A stretch of 64,000 nt of DNA, taken from assembly GCA_015067715.1 (NCBI GenBank), contig SVLY01000002.1, forward strand, positions 3,657-67,656. The letters are read 5' to 3'. The position numbers were made by a program, and so were the translations under genes. This DNA is from Oscillospiraceae bacterium. Its GTDB lineage: Bacteria > Bacillota > Clostridia > Oscillospirales > QAMX01. Positions 50,485-60,865 of the stretch are shown here, in pieces (positions within the stretch are counted from its first letter, which is position 1; every line of letters starts with the position of its first letter). The notes beneath the pieces were generated by a model. It was not told the origin of the DNA. It did no database searches and saw only the letters and a program-made list of their open reading frames with translations.

Positions 50485-51768
50485 ATGGAAACATACGAAG
50501 GCACTAAGCTGCCCTTTATCACTCGTGAGCAGGTGGATGAAATTGTAAAGAAATATCCCACCCCATTTCACATATATGACGAAAAAGGTATCAGGGAAAA
50601 CGCCCGCAGACTTATGGACGCTTTTTCCTGGAACCCGGGTTACCGCGAGTATTTTGCCGTAAAGGCAACTCCCTCGCCTGTTATTTTGAAAATGCTCTGT
50701 GACATGGGCTGCGGTCTTGACTGTTCTTCCATGACCGAGCTTATGCTCTCCAACGCCATTGGTGTTAACGGCGAGAAGATCATGTTCTCTTCCAACGCCA
50801 CCCCGGCAGAGGAGTTTGTCTACGCAAGAAAGATCAACGCCATTATCAATCTTGACGATATCACCCATATAGATTTTCTTGCCCAGAACGGCGGTATTCC
50901 CAAGCTTGTTTCCTGCCGCTTTAACCCCGGCAAGTTCGCCATCAGCAACGCCATTATGGACGCGCCCTCCAACGCCAAGTACGGTTTCACCAAGGATCAG
51001 ATCCGCTTTGGTTTCAAGCGCCTTAAAGAGCTGGGGGCTGAAAAGTTCGGCCTTCACGCTTTCCTTTCCTCCAACACCTCCACTGAAGGGTACTATCCCG
51101 CTCTGGCAAGAGTCCTTTTTGAGCTTGCCGCTGAGCTTGCAGATAAATACGGCTATGAGATCGACTTTATAAACCTCTCCGGCGGTATCGGTGTTCCCTA
51201 TTACCCCGACCAGAAGCCCAACGACATCTACCGCATCGGTGACGGTGTGAGAAAGGTCTTTGAAGAGGTCATGGTTCCCGCAGGACTTGGCAAGACCAAG
51301 ATCTATACCGAGCTTGGCCGTTATATGCTTGCACCCTACGGCGCTCTCGTTGCAACCGCCATCCACTCCAAGCACACCTACAAGGAATATATCGGTCTTG
51401 ACGCATGCGCCTGTGACCTTATGCGCCCGGCGATGTACGGAGCCTACCACCACGTTACCGTTCTTGGCAAGGAAGACGCTCTTTGCGACCACGTTTACGA
51501 CATCACCGGTTCTCTCTGCGAGAATAACGACAAGTTCGCCGTTGACCGCGCCCTTCCCCGCATTGACAAAGGTGACTATATCTACATTCACGACACCGGC
51601 GCCCACGGCCACAGCATGGGCTACAACTACAACGGCAAGCTCCGCCATGCCGAGCTTCTGCTCCGCGAGGATGGCTCCGTTGACATGATCCGCCGGGCCG
51701 AAACTCCCAGGGACTATTTTGCAACCCTTGATTTCCTTGGACTTTTTGACTGGGGCGCAGAGAAATGA
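50485..51768 (+). CDS. lysA: PLP-dependent group IV decarboxylase, most likely diaminopimelate decarboxylase
   Basis: YPTPFHIYDEKGI, FAVKATP (PLP Lys), GCGLDCSS, LSGGIGVPY and CENNDKF match the Orn/DAP/Arg decarboxylase family 2 pattern. Substrate is inferred, not proven. Confidence 0.7.
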   Translation: METYEGTKLPFITREQVDEIVKKYPTPFHIYDEKGIRENARRLMDAFSWNPGYREYFAVKATPSPVILKMLCDMGCGLDCSSMTELMLSNAIGVNGEKIMFSSNATPAEEFVYARKINAIINLDDITHIDFLAQNGGIPKLVSCRFNPGKFAISNAIMDAPSNAKYGFTKDQIRFGFKRLKELGAEKFGLHAFLSSNTSTEGYYPALARVLFELAAELADKYGYEIDFINLSGGIGVPYYPDQKPNDIYRIGDGVRKVFEEVMVPAGLGKTKIYTELGRYMLAPYGALVATAIHSKHTYKEYIGLDACACDLMRPAMYGAYHHVTVLGKEDALCDHVYDITGSLCENNDKFAVDRALPRIDKGDYIYIHDTGAHGHSMGYNYNGKLRHAELLLREDGSVDMIRRAETPRDYFATLDFLGLFDWGAEK

Positions 51769-52736
51769 ACTATATTGAGATCCGGATCGAAACCACTCCC
51801 GAGGGTATAGAGCCCCTTGGAGACCGTCTTACCATGATCGGAGCAGATGCCTTCTCTGTTCAGGACGAGACGGACATGCTCTCTTTTTTGGACAACAACC
51901 GTAAATACTGGGACTATATCGACGAGAACCTTCTTACAAATATGAAGGGCGTCTCCCGTATCGTCATCTACGTTTGTGACGACGAAGCGGGTCACACCCT
52001 TCTGGATATTCTTCCCGGTGAGCTTGCCGAGCTCCGTGCGGCAAGACCTGACGTTGATTTTGGCACCCTTAACACCGTCTGCTCCATGGCGGACGATGAC
52101 GAGTGGCTGAATTCCTGGCGCAAGTATTACAAGCCCTTTGCCGTTGGCGACCGTATTTATATCTGTCCCGAATGGGAAGAGCCTGTTGACGCCGGCGACA
52201 GAGTTGTTTACGTTTCCGAGCCCGGACTTGCCTTTGGCAGCGGCATTCACGAGACCACAAGGCTCTGTATGGAGCTTCTGGAAAAGAACCTTCCTGAAAA
52301 CGGCACGGTTTTGGACATGGGCTGCGGAAGCGGTATTCTTGCCGTTGTCGCCCTGCTTTTGGGCGCAAAGAGCGCCTTTGGCGTTGACGTTGACGATAAG
52401 GCCGTCTCCGCCTCCGAGCACAACGCCGCGCTGAACAACGTCACCGACAGATGCACCTTCGTGTGCGGCGACCTTACCTCCGACGTTGAGCTTGTCAAGA
52501 CCCCCGAGGGCGGATTTGACGTTGTCTGTGCCAATATCGTGGCGGACGTTCTGATCTTCCTTGCGCCCTACGTTTGCGGCTACCTCAAGGAGGACGGCGC
52601 ATTCCTTGCCTCCGGTATTATCGACACAAGACTCACCGAGGTCTGCGACGCCTTTGAAAACGCAGGTCTTCGTATTGCTTCCATCCGCCGGGAAAACGGC
52701 TGGTGCGCCGTTTTGGCTCACCGGAACCTGGATTAA
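51765..52736 (+). CDS. prmA: ribosomal protein L11 methyltransferase
   Basis: The start overlaps the upstream stop. WLNSWRKYYKPF, FGSGIHETT and DMGCGSGILA motifs. Confidence 0.85.
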   Translation: MNYIEIRIETTPEGIEPLGDRLTMIGADAFSVQDETDMLSFLDNNRKYWDYIDENLLTNMKGVSRIVIYVCDDEAGHTLLDILPGELAELRAARPDVDFGTLNTVCSMADDDEWLNSWRKYYKPFAVGDRIYICPEWEEPVDAGDRVVYVSEPGLAFGSGIHETTRLCMELLEKNLPENGTVLDMGCGSGILAVVALLLGAKSAFGVDVDDKAVSASEHNAALNNVTDRCTFVCGDLTSDVELVKTPEGGFDVVCANIVADVLIFLAPYVCGYLKEDGAFLASGIIDTRLTEVCDAFENAGLRIASIRRENGWCAVLAHRNLD

Positions 52737-53908
52737 TACAGCGAAAGCCGGGCAAGCATTCTGCAAAACGCCCCGAAGAAGCCGAGCTTTTCCACATCGT
52801 GGGCGGCAAGAATGGGCACGGTGAGAATTGTCTCTCCGTTTTGGCTCACTGTGACATGTCCAAGCTCTGCGCCTGCCGTTACGGGAGCTTTGATCTCCTG
52901 GGGGTATTCCGCCGAGATAACAAGGCTGTCCCCGGTTCCTTTTTCGATAATAATGTGACTGTGCTCTCCCGTGATCAGGGAGAGCGTCTCATTTTTGCCC
53001 CCTTTCACCCCTATCTCCGGGAGCGTAAGGCCGCCCAGCGGGTCAACTGACTCGTAATTTGCAAAGCCCAGGTTCAAAAGGGCGGTTGCGCATTCAAAGC
53101 GGATTTTCGAGGTCTCTGCGCCCATGACCACGGCGCACAGGCGCATTCCGTTTTTCTCTGCGGTTGCGGAAATGCAAAAACCCGCATCTCCCGTTGAACC
53201 GGTCTTCAGCCCGGTTATGCCCTTATAACTCCGGATGAGCTTATTGGTGTTTGTGAGAACGAATTCGCCGTTTCTGATGGAGTCCATCCAGGTTGTGGTG
53301 AACGCAAACGCCTGGCTGTGGCGGGCGAGGGCGGCGCTCATTATTGCGATGTCCCGGGCGGTGGTGTAGTGACCCTCGGTGTCCAGACCGCAGGCATTTT
53401 TGAACTGTGTGTTCACCATTCCAAGCTCCCGTGCCCGTGAATTCATTTTTTCCACAAAGAGCTCTTCGCTTCCCGAAACGTGCTCTGCAAGGGCAACTGC
53501 CGCGTCGTTGGCAGAGGCAATTGAAACGCATTTGAACATCTCAAGCACGGTCATCTGCTCTCCGGGCTCTAAGAACACCTGGCTTCCTCCCATTGAACAG
53601 GCGTGTTCTCCGGCGGTCACGGTGTCCTGAAGGCTGATTGCCCCGGAGTCGCAGGCCTCAAGCACCAAAAGCATGGTCATTATCTTGGTCACGCTGGCCG
53701 GGGCGCGTTTTTCGTCGGCGTTTAGCTCGTAGAGCACCTTTCCGCTGTCCAGATCGCACAGCACCGCCGAGGGGCAGTTAAGCTGTGACAGGCTTGCAAC
53801 GGTAAGGGCGCTGTCGTAGTCGATGACGTCCCCGGTGAAGACGTCCGTTGCGAATACGGACAGTGTCGTGCAAAGCAAAATCAGAATTATTGCCGCCGTT
53901 CTTTTCAT
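52733..53908 (-). CDS. D-alanyl-D-alanine carboxypeptidase (S11 family, PBP5-like)
   Basis: Signal peptide, SVTKIMT (SxxK), SANDAA (SxN), KTGST (KTG), and a C-terminal PBP5_C-like domain. Confidence 0.85.
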   Translation of the reverse strand: MKRTAAIILILLCTTLSVFATDVFTGDVIDYDSALTVASLSQLNCPSAVLCDLDSGKVLYELNADEKRAPASVTKIMTMLLVLEACDSGAISLQDTVTAGEHACSMGGSQVFLEPGEQMTVLEMFKCVSIASANDAAVALAEHVSGSEELFVEKMNSRARELGMVNTQFKNACGLDTEGHYTTARDIAIMSAALARHSQAFAFTTTWMDSIRNGEFVLTNTNKLIRSYKGITGLKTGSTGDAGFCISATAEKNGMRLCAVVMGAETSKIRFECATALLNLGFANYESVDPLGGLTLPEIGVKGGKNETLSLITGEHSHIIIEKGTGDSLVISAEYPQEIKAPVTAGAELGHVTVSQNGETILTVPILAAHDVEKLGFFGAFCRMLARLSLY

Positions 53909-53988
53909 GTTGATCCACTTCCCTTGAATTATCTCTTACCACAATATATATGCCCCCAAAGGTTCCTTAATTACGGAGGATAAACAGC

Positions 53989-55284
53989 TTGAAGATATCC
54001 TTTTACACTCTCGGTTGCCGCACGAATCAGTTCGAGACCCAGGCCATGGAAAAGCTTTTTTCTGCCCGGGGCTTTTCCCTTATGCCCTGGGGCAGGGGAG
54101 CGGACGTTTACGTTGTGAATTCCTGCACCGTAACGGCAACTGCAGATCAGAAGACCCGTCAGCAGATAAGACGGGTCAGACGTGAAAACCCGGAAGCCGT
54201 AATCGCACTTTGCGGATGCATGGCTCAGAACTCCTCCGACGAGATAAAAGCCCGGCTGGGTGTTGACGTTCTTGGGGGAAACCGGGATCATATTGCTTTT
54301 GTGGACGCTGTATGCGATCATCTTGAGGGTAAAAATGCGGAGAACACCGGAAGAGTTTCGGATGGCTTCGTTGAGCTTCCCTCCGGCGGTCTTGCGGAGC
54401 GGACGAGAGCTCTGTTGAAGATCGAGGACGGCTGTGACTATTACTGCACCTATTGCGCCATTCCCTATGCCCGGGGGCACGTGCGTTCCGTTTTGCCCCA
54501 CCGCGCCGAAGAAGAGGCCGCAAAGCTTGCCTCACAGGGCTTTGGAGAGATCGTTATAACCGGAATAGAGATCTCTGCCTACGGCGCGGATATCGGCTTT
54601 ACAGAGGGTCTGGGAGGCATTACAGAGCGTATCGCAAAAGCCGCTTATCCTGCCAGAGTCAGCCTTGGCTCCCTGCGCCCCACGGTTATAACCGAGGATT
54701 TCTGCCGCAGGCTGTCTTCTCTTGACAATTTCTGCCGGCATTTTCACCTTTCCATCCAGAGCGGCTCCGACGGGGTGCTTGCCCGTATGAAGCGCAGATA
54801 CGGCGCGGATCAGCTCAGAAAGGCAGTTGAGCTTCTGAACCGGTATTTCGACCGTCCCAACATAACCGGAGACGTTATCTGCGGCTTTTGCGGCGAGACG
54901 GAGGAAGAGTTCCGGGAGACTCTCTCCCTTGTAAAGGAGCTGAACCTCGGCGGGCTCCACATTTTCCCATATTCCCGGAGAGCCGGAACCTTTGCGGCAA
55001 AAATGGAGGACAGCGTTGAAAAGGCGGAAAAAGCACGCAGATGTGCGCTTTTGTCCGGCGTGAGCCTGGAAAACTACGGAAACTACCTTGCCAAACAGGT
55101 TGGAAAGACCTTTACGGTGGTCTTTGAGCACAGCTCGGACTCCGGACGGGTCGGGGGATATACGGACAATTACCTCTACGCCACCGCGCCCGTCGGTCTT
55201 GCAGAGCCCGGAGAGGTGAGAAAAGTGGAGATAACCGGAGTTGATCCAGACGGGGAAAGCCTTTTGTGCATCCCCCTGGAATAA
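53989..55284 (+). CDS. mtaB: tRNA t6A37 methylthiotransferase MtaB
   Basis: GGAGGA then TTG at 53989. YTLGCRTNQFE (UPF0004 domain), radical-SAM CDYYCTYC, and a C-terminal TRAM domain. Confidence 0.85.
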   Translation: MKISFYTLGCRTNQFETQAMEKLFSARGFSLMPWGRGADVYVVNSCTVTATADQKTRQQIRRVRRENPEAVIALCGCMAQNSSDEIKARLGVDVLGGNRDHIAFVDAVCDHLEGKNAENTGRVSDGFVELPSGGLAERTRALLKIEDGCDYYCTYCAIPYARGHVRSVLPHRAEEEAAKLASQGFGEIVITGIEISAYGADIGFTEGLGGITERIAKAAYPARVSLGSLRPTVITEDFCRRLSSLDNFCRHFHLSIQSGSDGVLARMKRRYGADQLRKAVELLNRYFDRPNITGDVICGFCGETEEEFRETLSLVKELNLGGLHIFPYSRRAGTFAAKMEDSVEKAEKARRCALLSGVSLENYGNYLAKQVGKTFTVVFEHSSDSGRVGGYTDNYLYATAPVGLAEPGEVRKVEITGVDPDGESLLCIPLE

Positions 55285-55327
55285 GTTTATTTACAGCGGC
55301 ATATGCTTTGTCTGGTGGTGAGACAGA

Positions 55328-55915
55328 ATGAAAAGACCGAACTTTCTTATAACCCTTGTGGTGTGCCTTTCGGTTGCCCTTGTGGCATATTTTTCCTACC
55401 CGGTCATAACCGGGATCGTGGACAGGCGGCGGCAGGACTACACCTTTTATTCCTCCGACACCGCTCAGAAGATACCTGAGGGTGAGCTTGTGGTGGTGAT
55501 GTCCGCAGAAAAGGCCACGGAGCTTATAAATTTAGCCGTGGACGAAAGCTTTCCGGTGCAGGATATTTCCGTTGCCTTTGGGGACGGGGTCATTGTTCTG
55601 GACGGCGTTGCCTCCCGGGACAGGCTCATGTCTGAGGAGCTTATGGCAAAACACCCCAACCTGTGGCTTATAAAGCCCTTTATTCCGGAGTCTGCCCGGC
55701 TGGGGGTGAGCTTTACGGTCTCCGTTGAGCGCGGCGAGCTTAAGGTCAATCCCGAGACCTTTACGATTGCGGAGATAAACCTTCCCCTGAGCTTTCTGCC
55801 TCTTGAAGTGCGGGATGCAGTTGGGGAGATGATAACCGGGCAATACCTTCCCGAAAACCTCTCTCTGCGTTCCGTTGAGGTGACGAAGGGCCGAATTACA
55901 GTTGCAATGGACTAA
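55328..55915 (+). CDS. membrane-anchored hypothetical protein (DUF2140/YpmS-like, tentative)
   Basis: 195 aa with an N-terminal TM helix (FLITLVVCLSVALVAYF). No strong motif. Confidence 0.55.
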   Translation: MKRPNFLITLVVCLSVALVAYFSYPVITGIVDRRRQDYTFYSSDTAQKIPEGELVVVMSAEKATELINLAVDESFPVQDISVAFGDGVIVLDGVASRDRLMSEELMAKHPNLWLIKPFIPESARLGVSFTVSVERGELKVNPETFTIAEINLPLSFLPLEVRDAVGEMITGQYLPENLSLRSVEVTKGRITVAMD

Positions 55916-56039
55916 ATACCTTTCCCCCTGTTTGCTTTACCGGCCGGAGCAGACAGGGGTTTTTTTCTGTTGACAAATGATTTTCGCTGTGGTAGAGTAT
56001 AGACCGTGACCCCGTTATTTTGCTTTGGGAGGGTTAAGA

Positions 56040-57746
56040 ATGAGCTTTTTGTTTGACCCCGTTCGCCGGCCGGTTTTCCTTGGCGGAGAGTGGTTTTTGC
56101 GTGAGGACAGAGATGAAACCGGGCTGGATTTTGACCGCCCCGTGGACGGAAGCTACCGACGGGTGAACGTGCCCTCGGATGTTTCCGTGTCCATCCCCGA
56201 AAGACCGGATGCAACCGGTGTTTTCTGGTATAAAAAGACCTTCACCCCGGAGGGTGACCTTGGCTCCAAACGTGGGGTCTTGCACTTTGAGGCTGTTAAC
56301 CACACAGCTCACGTGTGGCTCAACGGGAAATATCTGGGCATGAATTCCCAGGGCTATCTGCCCTTTGAGCTGGATGCCACCGGTGCCATTCTTCCGGGGC
56401 GGGAAAACGACCTTACCGTCCGCGTGGACACCCGAAGATGCCAGGGTCAGCTCCCGACCTCGTTCTACTGGAAGAACTACGGCGGAATTATCCGGGACGT
56501 GTGGCTGTATTCAACGGAAAAGGAAAACTATATTCAAAACGCTTTTGTTTGCGCCCGGGCGGACGGAACTGCGGTCTTCACCGTCAGCTCAAAGGGTGCA
56601 GAGGGCTTTCGCCTTGAGGTCAAAGACGGCGAGGGCAACACGGTCATAGCCCGGGACGTCGAGGGAGCTTCCGTCTCCACAGAGCTCGACGGTGTAAAGC
56701 TCTGGTCGCCGGAGGAGCCGAATCTCTACACCGCAGAGATCAGCCTTATCAGTAACGGCGCTGTTTTGGACAGGTCGGTCTTTTGCTACGGCTACCGGGA
56801 CTTTGAAGCCCGGGATGGCAAACTCTGGCTCAACGGAAAAGAGATATTCTTAAAAGGCTTTAACCGCCACGAAGATCACCCGGACTTTGGCGGCGCGGCA
56901 AACCGGGAGGTCATTGAGCATGATCTTGCCATGATAAAGGCCTCCGGCGCGAACTTTATCCGCATGTGCCACTATCCCCACGACCGCTACGAGCTTGAGC
57001 TGGCAGACAGGCTCGGCCTCTGCCTTTTGGTTGAGATACCCCTTTGCGCCTATCTTGGCCCCACCTTTGGTGTGGAAGGCACGGAAAACAAGCCCCAAAA
57101 CGAGCTCGTCTACGCAAACGCAGTCGATTCTCTTCGCCGGATGATCGCCCGGGACAGAAACCATCCAAGCGTTGTGATATGGTCTGTGAGCAACGAAAAC
57201 AACGAGCCTGCAGACCCCTGTGTTTTGGACAACCACAAGGGGCTTATCGCCCTTGCCAAAAAGCTTGACCCCTCCCGGCCTGCGGTCCACGTTTCGACCT
57301 ACAGCACCCACGCCGATCGGGATAAGTATTTTGAGCACGACGATATCATCTGCTTCAACGCCTACCCCGTGCAGAATACCAGAGTTGAACAGCGCAGACG
57401 GGACGTTTCCAGCCGTGAGTCTGCACGCATGATCCCCGAGACCGTTGAGGCTCTGCGGAAGCTCTACCCCGGAAAGCCGGTCATCATAACCGAGTTTGGC
57501 AGCCGCACGGGAGTGCCGGCGGACTCTGTGGACGACGAAATGCTCCAGGAAGCGGGTGTTGCGGCGGAATATCTTGCCGCGGCGGAATGTGCCAACGGCG
57601 CCAGCGTATGGGTCTTTGCCGACCACCGCTGGCCCCGCCATCCGGAGCTTTTGAGCGATATAAGCAGATTCGGCCTTCTGTGGCCGGACAGAACGAAAAA
57701 AGCCGCGTTTGACGTGTACAGCCAACTGCTGAAAAACACGCAGTAA
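56040..57746 (+). CDS. glycoside hydrolase family 2 protein (beta-glucuronidase/beta-galactosidase-like)
   Basis: GGGAGGG then ATG at 56040. FNRHEDHP, NFIRMCHYP and NHPSVVIWSVSNE (acid/base Glu) with TEFG (nucleophile region). Confidence 0.85.
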   Translation: MSFLFDPVRRPVFLGGEWFLREDRDETGLDFDRPVDGSYRRVNVPSDVSVSIPERPDATGVFWYKKTFTPEGDLGSKRGVLHFEAVNHTAHVWLNGKYLGMNSQGYLPFELDATGAILPGRENDLTVRVDTRRCQGQLPTSFYWKNYGGIIRDVWLYSTEKENYIQNAFVCARADGTAVFTVSSKGAEGFRLEVKDGEGNTVIARDVEGASVSTELDGVKLWSPEEPNLYTAEISLISNGAVLDRSVFCYGYRDFEARDGKLWLNGKEIFLKGFNRHEDHPDFGGAANREVIEHDLAMIKASGANFIRMCHYPHDRYELELADRLGLCLLVEIPLCAYLGPTFGVEGTENKPQNELVYANAVDSLRRMIARDRNHPSVVIWSVSNENNEPADPCVLDNHKGLIALAKKLDPSRPAVHVSTYSTHADRDKYFEHDDIICFNAYPVQNTRVEQRRRDVSSRESARMIPETVEALRKLYPGKPVIITEFGSRTGVPADSVDDEMLQEAGVAAEYLAAAECANGASVWVFADHRWPRHPELLSDISRFGLLWPDRTKKAAFDVYSQLLKNTQ

Positions 57747-57769
57747 GGCCGGACGGAATGCAAAAAGAT

Positions 57770-57818
57770 CCCCTCACGGCAGGAGCACAAAACCTGCTGT
57801 GAGGGGTCATTTATTTGT
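57770..57818. terminator. bidirectional rho-independent terminator
   Basis: CCCCTCACGGCAGG pairs with CCTGCTGTGAGGGG, between convergent genes. A/T-rich runs lie on both sides. Confidence 0.7.
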
Positions 57819-57829
57819 TGGGGACGGGG

Positions 57830-58486
57830 TTATTTCTTCTTTTTTATCTGAACGCCCAGCTCGGTGGTGTAGTTGTCGCCCTGCATGCGCTTTACCATGA
57901 GGATGGTCTGACCAACGGCGGCGCAGACCATTATAAGGCCGAAGGCAACGATGAGCACCAGCCAGCAGTTCTGGAACAGGGCGAGGATGGTCTCGCCTGC
58001 GCCGGGCTGGAACATGACGGCAACGATGAAGTTCAGCCAGCAGAGGAAGATGAACAGATAGGTCGCGGGGATAACGTAGAGCAGGTTTTTGATGAACCAC
58101 CAGTTTTTATGTTTCAGGTTGTAGCGGGTGTGGTTGTAAGTAAGAATGGCGGGTATTGCCACCGCGCCGATATAGGGTGTGTACTGGAGCATGAGGTTTC
58201 GCGCCATGTAAGCAAACTCTGCCGTTTTGGGAAAGGGGAGCAAAAGGCTTGCGAAAAACCAGAGCACGCAGTAGAAAAGGTAGAGCATCATGACCGGGAA
58301 ATAGGACATAAAGCCCCGGGGAGCACTGTCCTTCCAGATGTTCAGAAGGTTTACGACGAGAAATCTGGAGGTGTATTTGGTTTTGAAATTGTACTCGTCC
58401 TCTTCCGTGACGGTGATGGGCTGGCGGTGTTTGGCCGTGTTGGCGACCTTTTTAACAGGGCCGCTCTTTTTTCTGGACTTGGGCAT
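57830..58486 (-). CDS. hypothetical membrane protein
   Basis: 218 aa with a basic N-terminus, 5-6 TM helices and a KKKK tail. No family recognised. Confidence 0.6.
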   Translation of the reverse strand: MPKSRKKSGPVKKVANTAKHRQPITVTEEDEYNFKTKYTSRFLVVNLLNIWKDSAPRGFMSYFPVMMLYLFYCVLWFFASLLLPFPKTAEFAYMARNLMLQYTPYIGAVAIPAILTYNHTRYNLKHKNWWFIKNLLYVIPATYLFIFLCWLNFIVAVMFQPGAGETILALFQNCWLVLIVAFGLIMVCAAVGQTILMVKRMQGDNYTTELGVQIKKKK

Positions 58487-58526
58487 GACTTTTTTCTCCT
58501 TTGTAATAGTAAGGGCAGGGGAGAGC

Positions 58527-60824
58527 TTACAGGGCGTTTACCGCGAGAACGCCGTTTTCGGCGGTGACGCTGATGGCGGTAACGGGATCGTCAAAGCGGC
58601 TGATAATGGCAGATGCCGCCGCATCCTCGATCTCCTTCTGAATAACGCGGCGAAGGTTTCTTGCGCCGTATTTGACGGAGTAGGACTTGTCGGTGAGATA
58701 GGCCACCGCCTCGTCGGAGACGGTGAGGCTTATGCCGCGAAGGGCAAGATTGTCGGCAAGCTCGGAGAGCATGAGCCGTGTGATGTCTGCAAAGTTCTCC
58801 CTGGAGAGCTGGTTGAAGGTGATTATCTCGTCCACACGGTTCAAAAACTCGGGGCGCATTATCTCTTCAAGTGCCTTCATGGTCTTGGCCGTACTCTGTT
58901 CGGTGAGGTTCTGGCCGAATCCCGCAGAGCCGGAGGAGAGGGAGCTTCCCGCGTTTGTGGTCATGACGATAACGGTGTTCTCAAAGCTTACCAGCCTGCC
59001 GTGGGCGTCGGTGATGTGGCCGTCGTCCAGGATCTGGAGCAGAATGTTGAGAACGTCGGGGTGAGCCTTTTCAATCTCGTCGAAGAGAACCACGGAATAG
59101 GGTTTGCGGCGGATCTTTTCGGTGAGCTGTCCGGCCTCGTCGTAGCCCACGTAGCCCGGAGGCGAACCGATGATCCGGGACACGGCGTGCTTTTCCATGA
59201 ACTCAGACATATCAAGGCGAATGAGGGACTCGGGGGAGTCGAACATATCGGCGGCAAGGCGGCGCACAAGCTCGGTCTTGCCAACGCCCGTGGGGCCGGC
59301 AAAGATGAAGGACACGGGCTTTCTCTTGGGAGAGATCCCGGCGCGGCTGCGCTTGATGGCGGCGGCAACGGAGGCGATAACGTGATCCTGGCCGATAATA
59401 TGTCCCTTAAGACGGTCCTCAAGGCCGTTAATGCGGTGGTATTCGGTCTCGGTGACCTTCGAGGCGGGGATCTTCGTCCACAGCTCGATAACGTGGGCAA
59501 GGTCGTTTACGGTGACGGGCAGACGGGTGTTGGAAAGGGCTTCGATCTCTTCCTGGATCTTGGCCTCTTTTGAGCGGATGTCCGCAAGCTCGCGGTAGAG
59601 CTCGGGGGAGTCGGCGTTTATCTTTTCCTCACGCTGGGCGCGGAGAGCGGTGAGCTCTTCGTTGAGCCGTGCGGTGTCGGAGATGGCGGTGTTGCGCAGG
59701 TTAACGGCGCTGCCGGCCTCGTCGATAAGGTCGATAGCCTTGTCGGGCAGGTATCTGTCGGTTATATATCTCTCAGAGAGCAAAACGGCCTGACGGACGA
59801 TCTCGGGAGAGATGGTGACGAGGTGGTAGGTCTCGTAATAGTCGCGGATGCCCATGAGGATCTTTATACTGTCCTCAACGGAGGGCTCTGCCACGGTTAC
59901 GGGCTGGAAGCGGCGCTCGAGAGCGGCGTCCTTTTCGATATATTTCCGGTATTCGTTGAAGGTGGTGGCGCCCACGACCTGAACCTCGCCCCGGGAGAGG
60001 GCGGGCTTTAAGATGTTTGCGGCGTTCATAGAGCCTTCGGCATCTCCTGCGCCCACAAGGTTGTGGACCTCGTCGATAACGAGAATGATGTTGCCCAGCT
60101 TTTTGACCTCGTCTATGAGACCCTTCATTCGGCTTTCGAACTGGCCGCGGAACTGGGTGCCGGCGATACAGGCGGTGAGGTCCAGCTGCCAGACCTCTTT
60201 GGTGCGGAGCTTTTCGGGGACGTTGCCGGAGAAGATCCTCTGGGCAAGACCCTCGGCAATGGCGGTCTTGCCAACGCCGGGCTCACCGATAAGACAGGGG
60301 TTGTTCTTCTGGCGGCGGTTGAGAATTTGGACAACGCGCTCTATCTCCTCGTCACGGCCGATGATACGGTCAAGACGGCCGGAGGCGGCCTTTTCGTTGA
60401 GGTTGACGCAGTAGGTGTCCAGAAATTTGTATTTCTTTTTCTGTTTTCCGTCCTTTGACGGCGCCTGACCCTGTTCGGGACGGGGAGCGCTCTGGGAAGG
60501 GTCTGCGGGAAGGCGTCCCTGGCCGAAGAGCTTGTCGAGGAAGGGGAAGGTGGCCGCGTTGGTGGTGCGGTCCTCGTCGGAGTCGCTGTCGTCGTCGGCA
60601 GAGGGAGCTTCGGAGGTGGCGGAAAGAGCGGTCATCATCTCCTTGGACATGTTTTCAAGATCGTCCTCGGAAATGCCCATTTTTTCCATCATGTCGGAAA
60701 CGGGCTTTATGCCAAGCTCTCTGGCGCATTTGAGGCAGATACCCTCGTTTTTCGTCTCTCCGTTTTCAAGTCTGGTTATAAAAACGGAGGCTATGTTCTT
60801 TTTGCATCTTGCGCAGATAACCAT
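58527..60824 (-). CDS. ClpA/B/C-family double-AAA+ ATPase with N-terminal CxxC...CxxC zinc-ribbon instead of a Clp_N repeat
   Basis: Two Walker A sites (GEPGVGKTAIAEGLA, GPTGVGKTELVRRLA). N-terminus MVICARCKKNIA...GICLKCARELG. Confidence 0.9.
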   Translation of the reverse strand: MVICARCKKNIASVFITRLENGETKNEGICLKCARELGIKPVSDMMEKMGISEDDLENMSKEMMTALSATSEAPSADDDSDSDEDRTTNAATFPFLDKLFGQGRLPADPSQSAPRPEQGQAPSKDGKQKKKYKFLDTYCVNLNEKAASGRLDRIIGRDEEIERVVQILNRRQKNNPCLIGEPGVGKTAIAEGLAQRIFSGNVPEKLRTKEVWQLDLTACIAGTQFRGQFESRMKGLIDEVKKLGNIILVIDEVHNLVGAGDAEGSMNAANILKPALSRGEVQVVGATTFNEYRKYIEKDAALERRFQPVTVAEPSVEDSIKILMGIRDYYETYHLVTISPEIVRQAVLLSERYITDRYLPDKAIDLIDEAGSAVNLRNTAISDTARLNEELTALRAQREEKINADSPELYRELADIRSKEAKIQEEIEALSNTRLPVTVNDLAHVIELWTKIPASKVTETEYHRINGLEDRLKGHIIGQDHVIASVAAAIKRSRAGISPKRKPVSFIFAGPTGVGKTELVRRLAADMFDSPESLIRLDMSEFMEKHAVSRIIGSPPGYVGYDEAGQLTEKIRRKPYSVVLFDEIEKAHPDVLNILLQILDDGHITDAHGRLVSFENTVIVMTTNAGSSLSSGSAGFGQNLTEQSTAKTMKALEEIMRPEFLNRVDEIITFNQLSRENFADITRLMLSELADNLALRGISLTVSDEAVAYLTDKSYSVKYGARNLRRVIQKEIEDAAASAIISRFDDPVTAISVTAENGVLAVNAL

Positions 60825-60865
60825 TTTGTTTTTCCTTTTTTGTTGCAGAAGTTATATGTTGTTTT

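Noticed and set aside
47865-51648. Minus-strand ORFs 47865..48989 (374 aa) and 50443..51648 (401 aa).
   Set aside because: These are antisense shadows of the ABC ATPase and the PLP decarboxylase genes.
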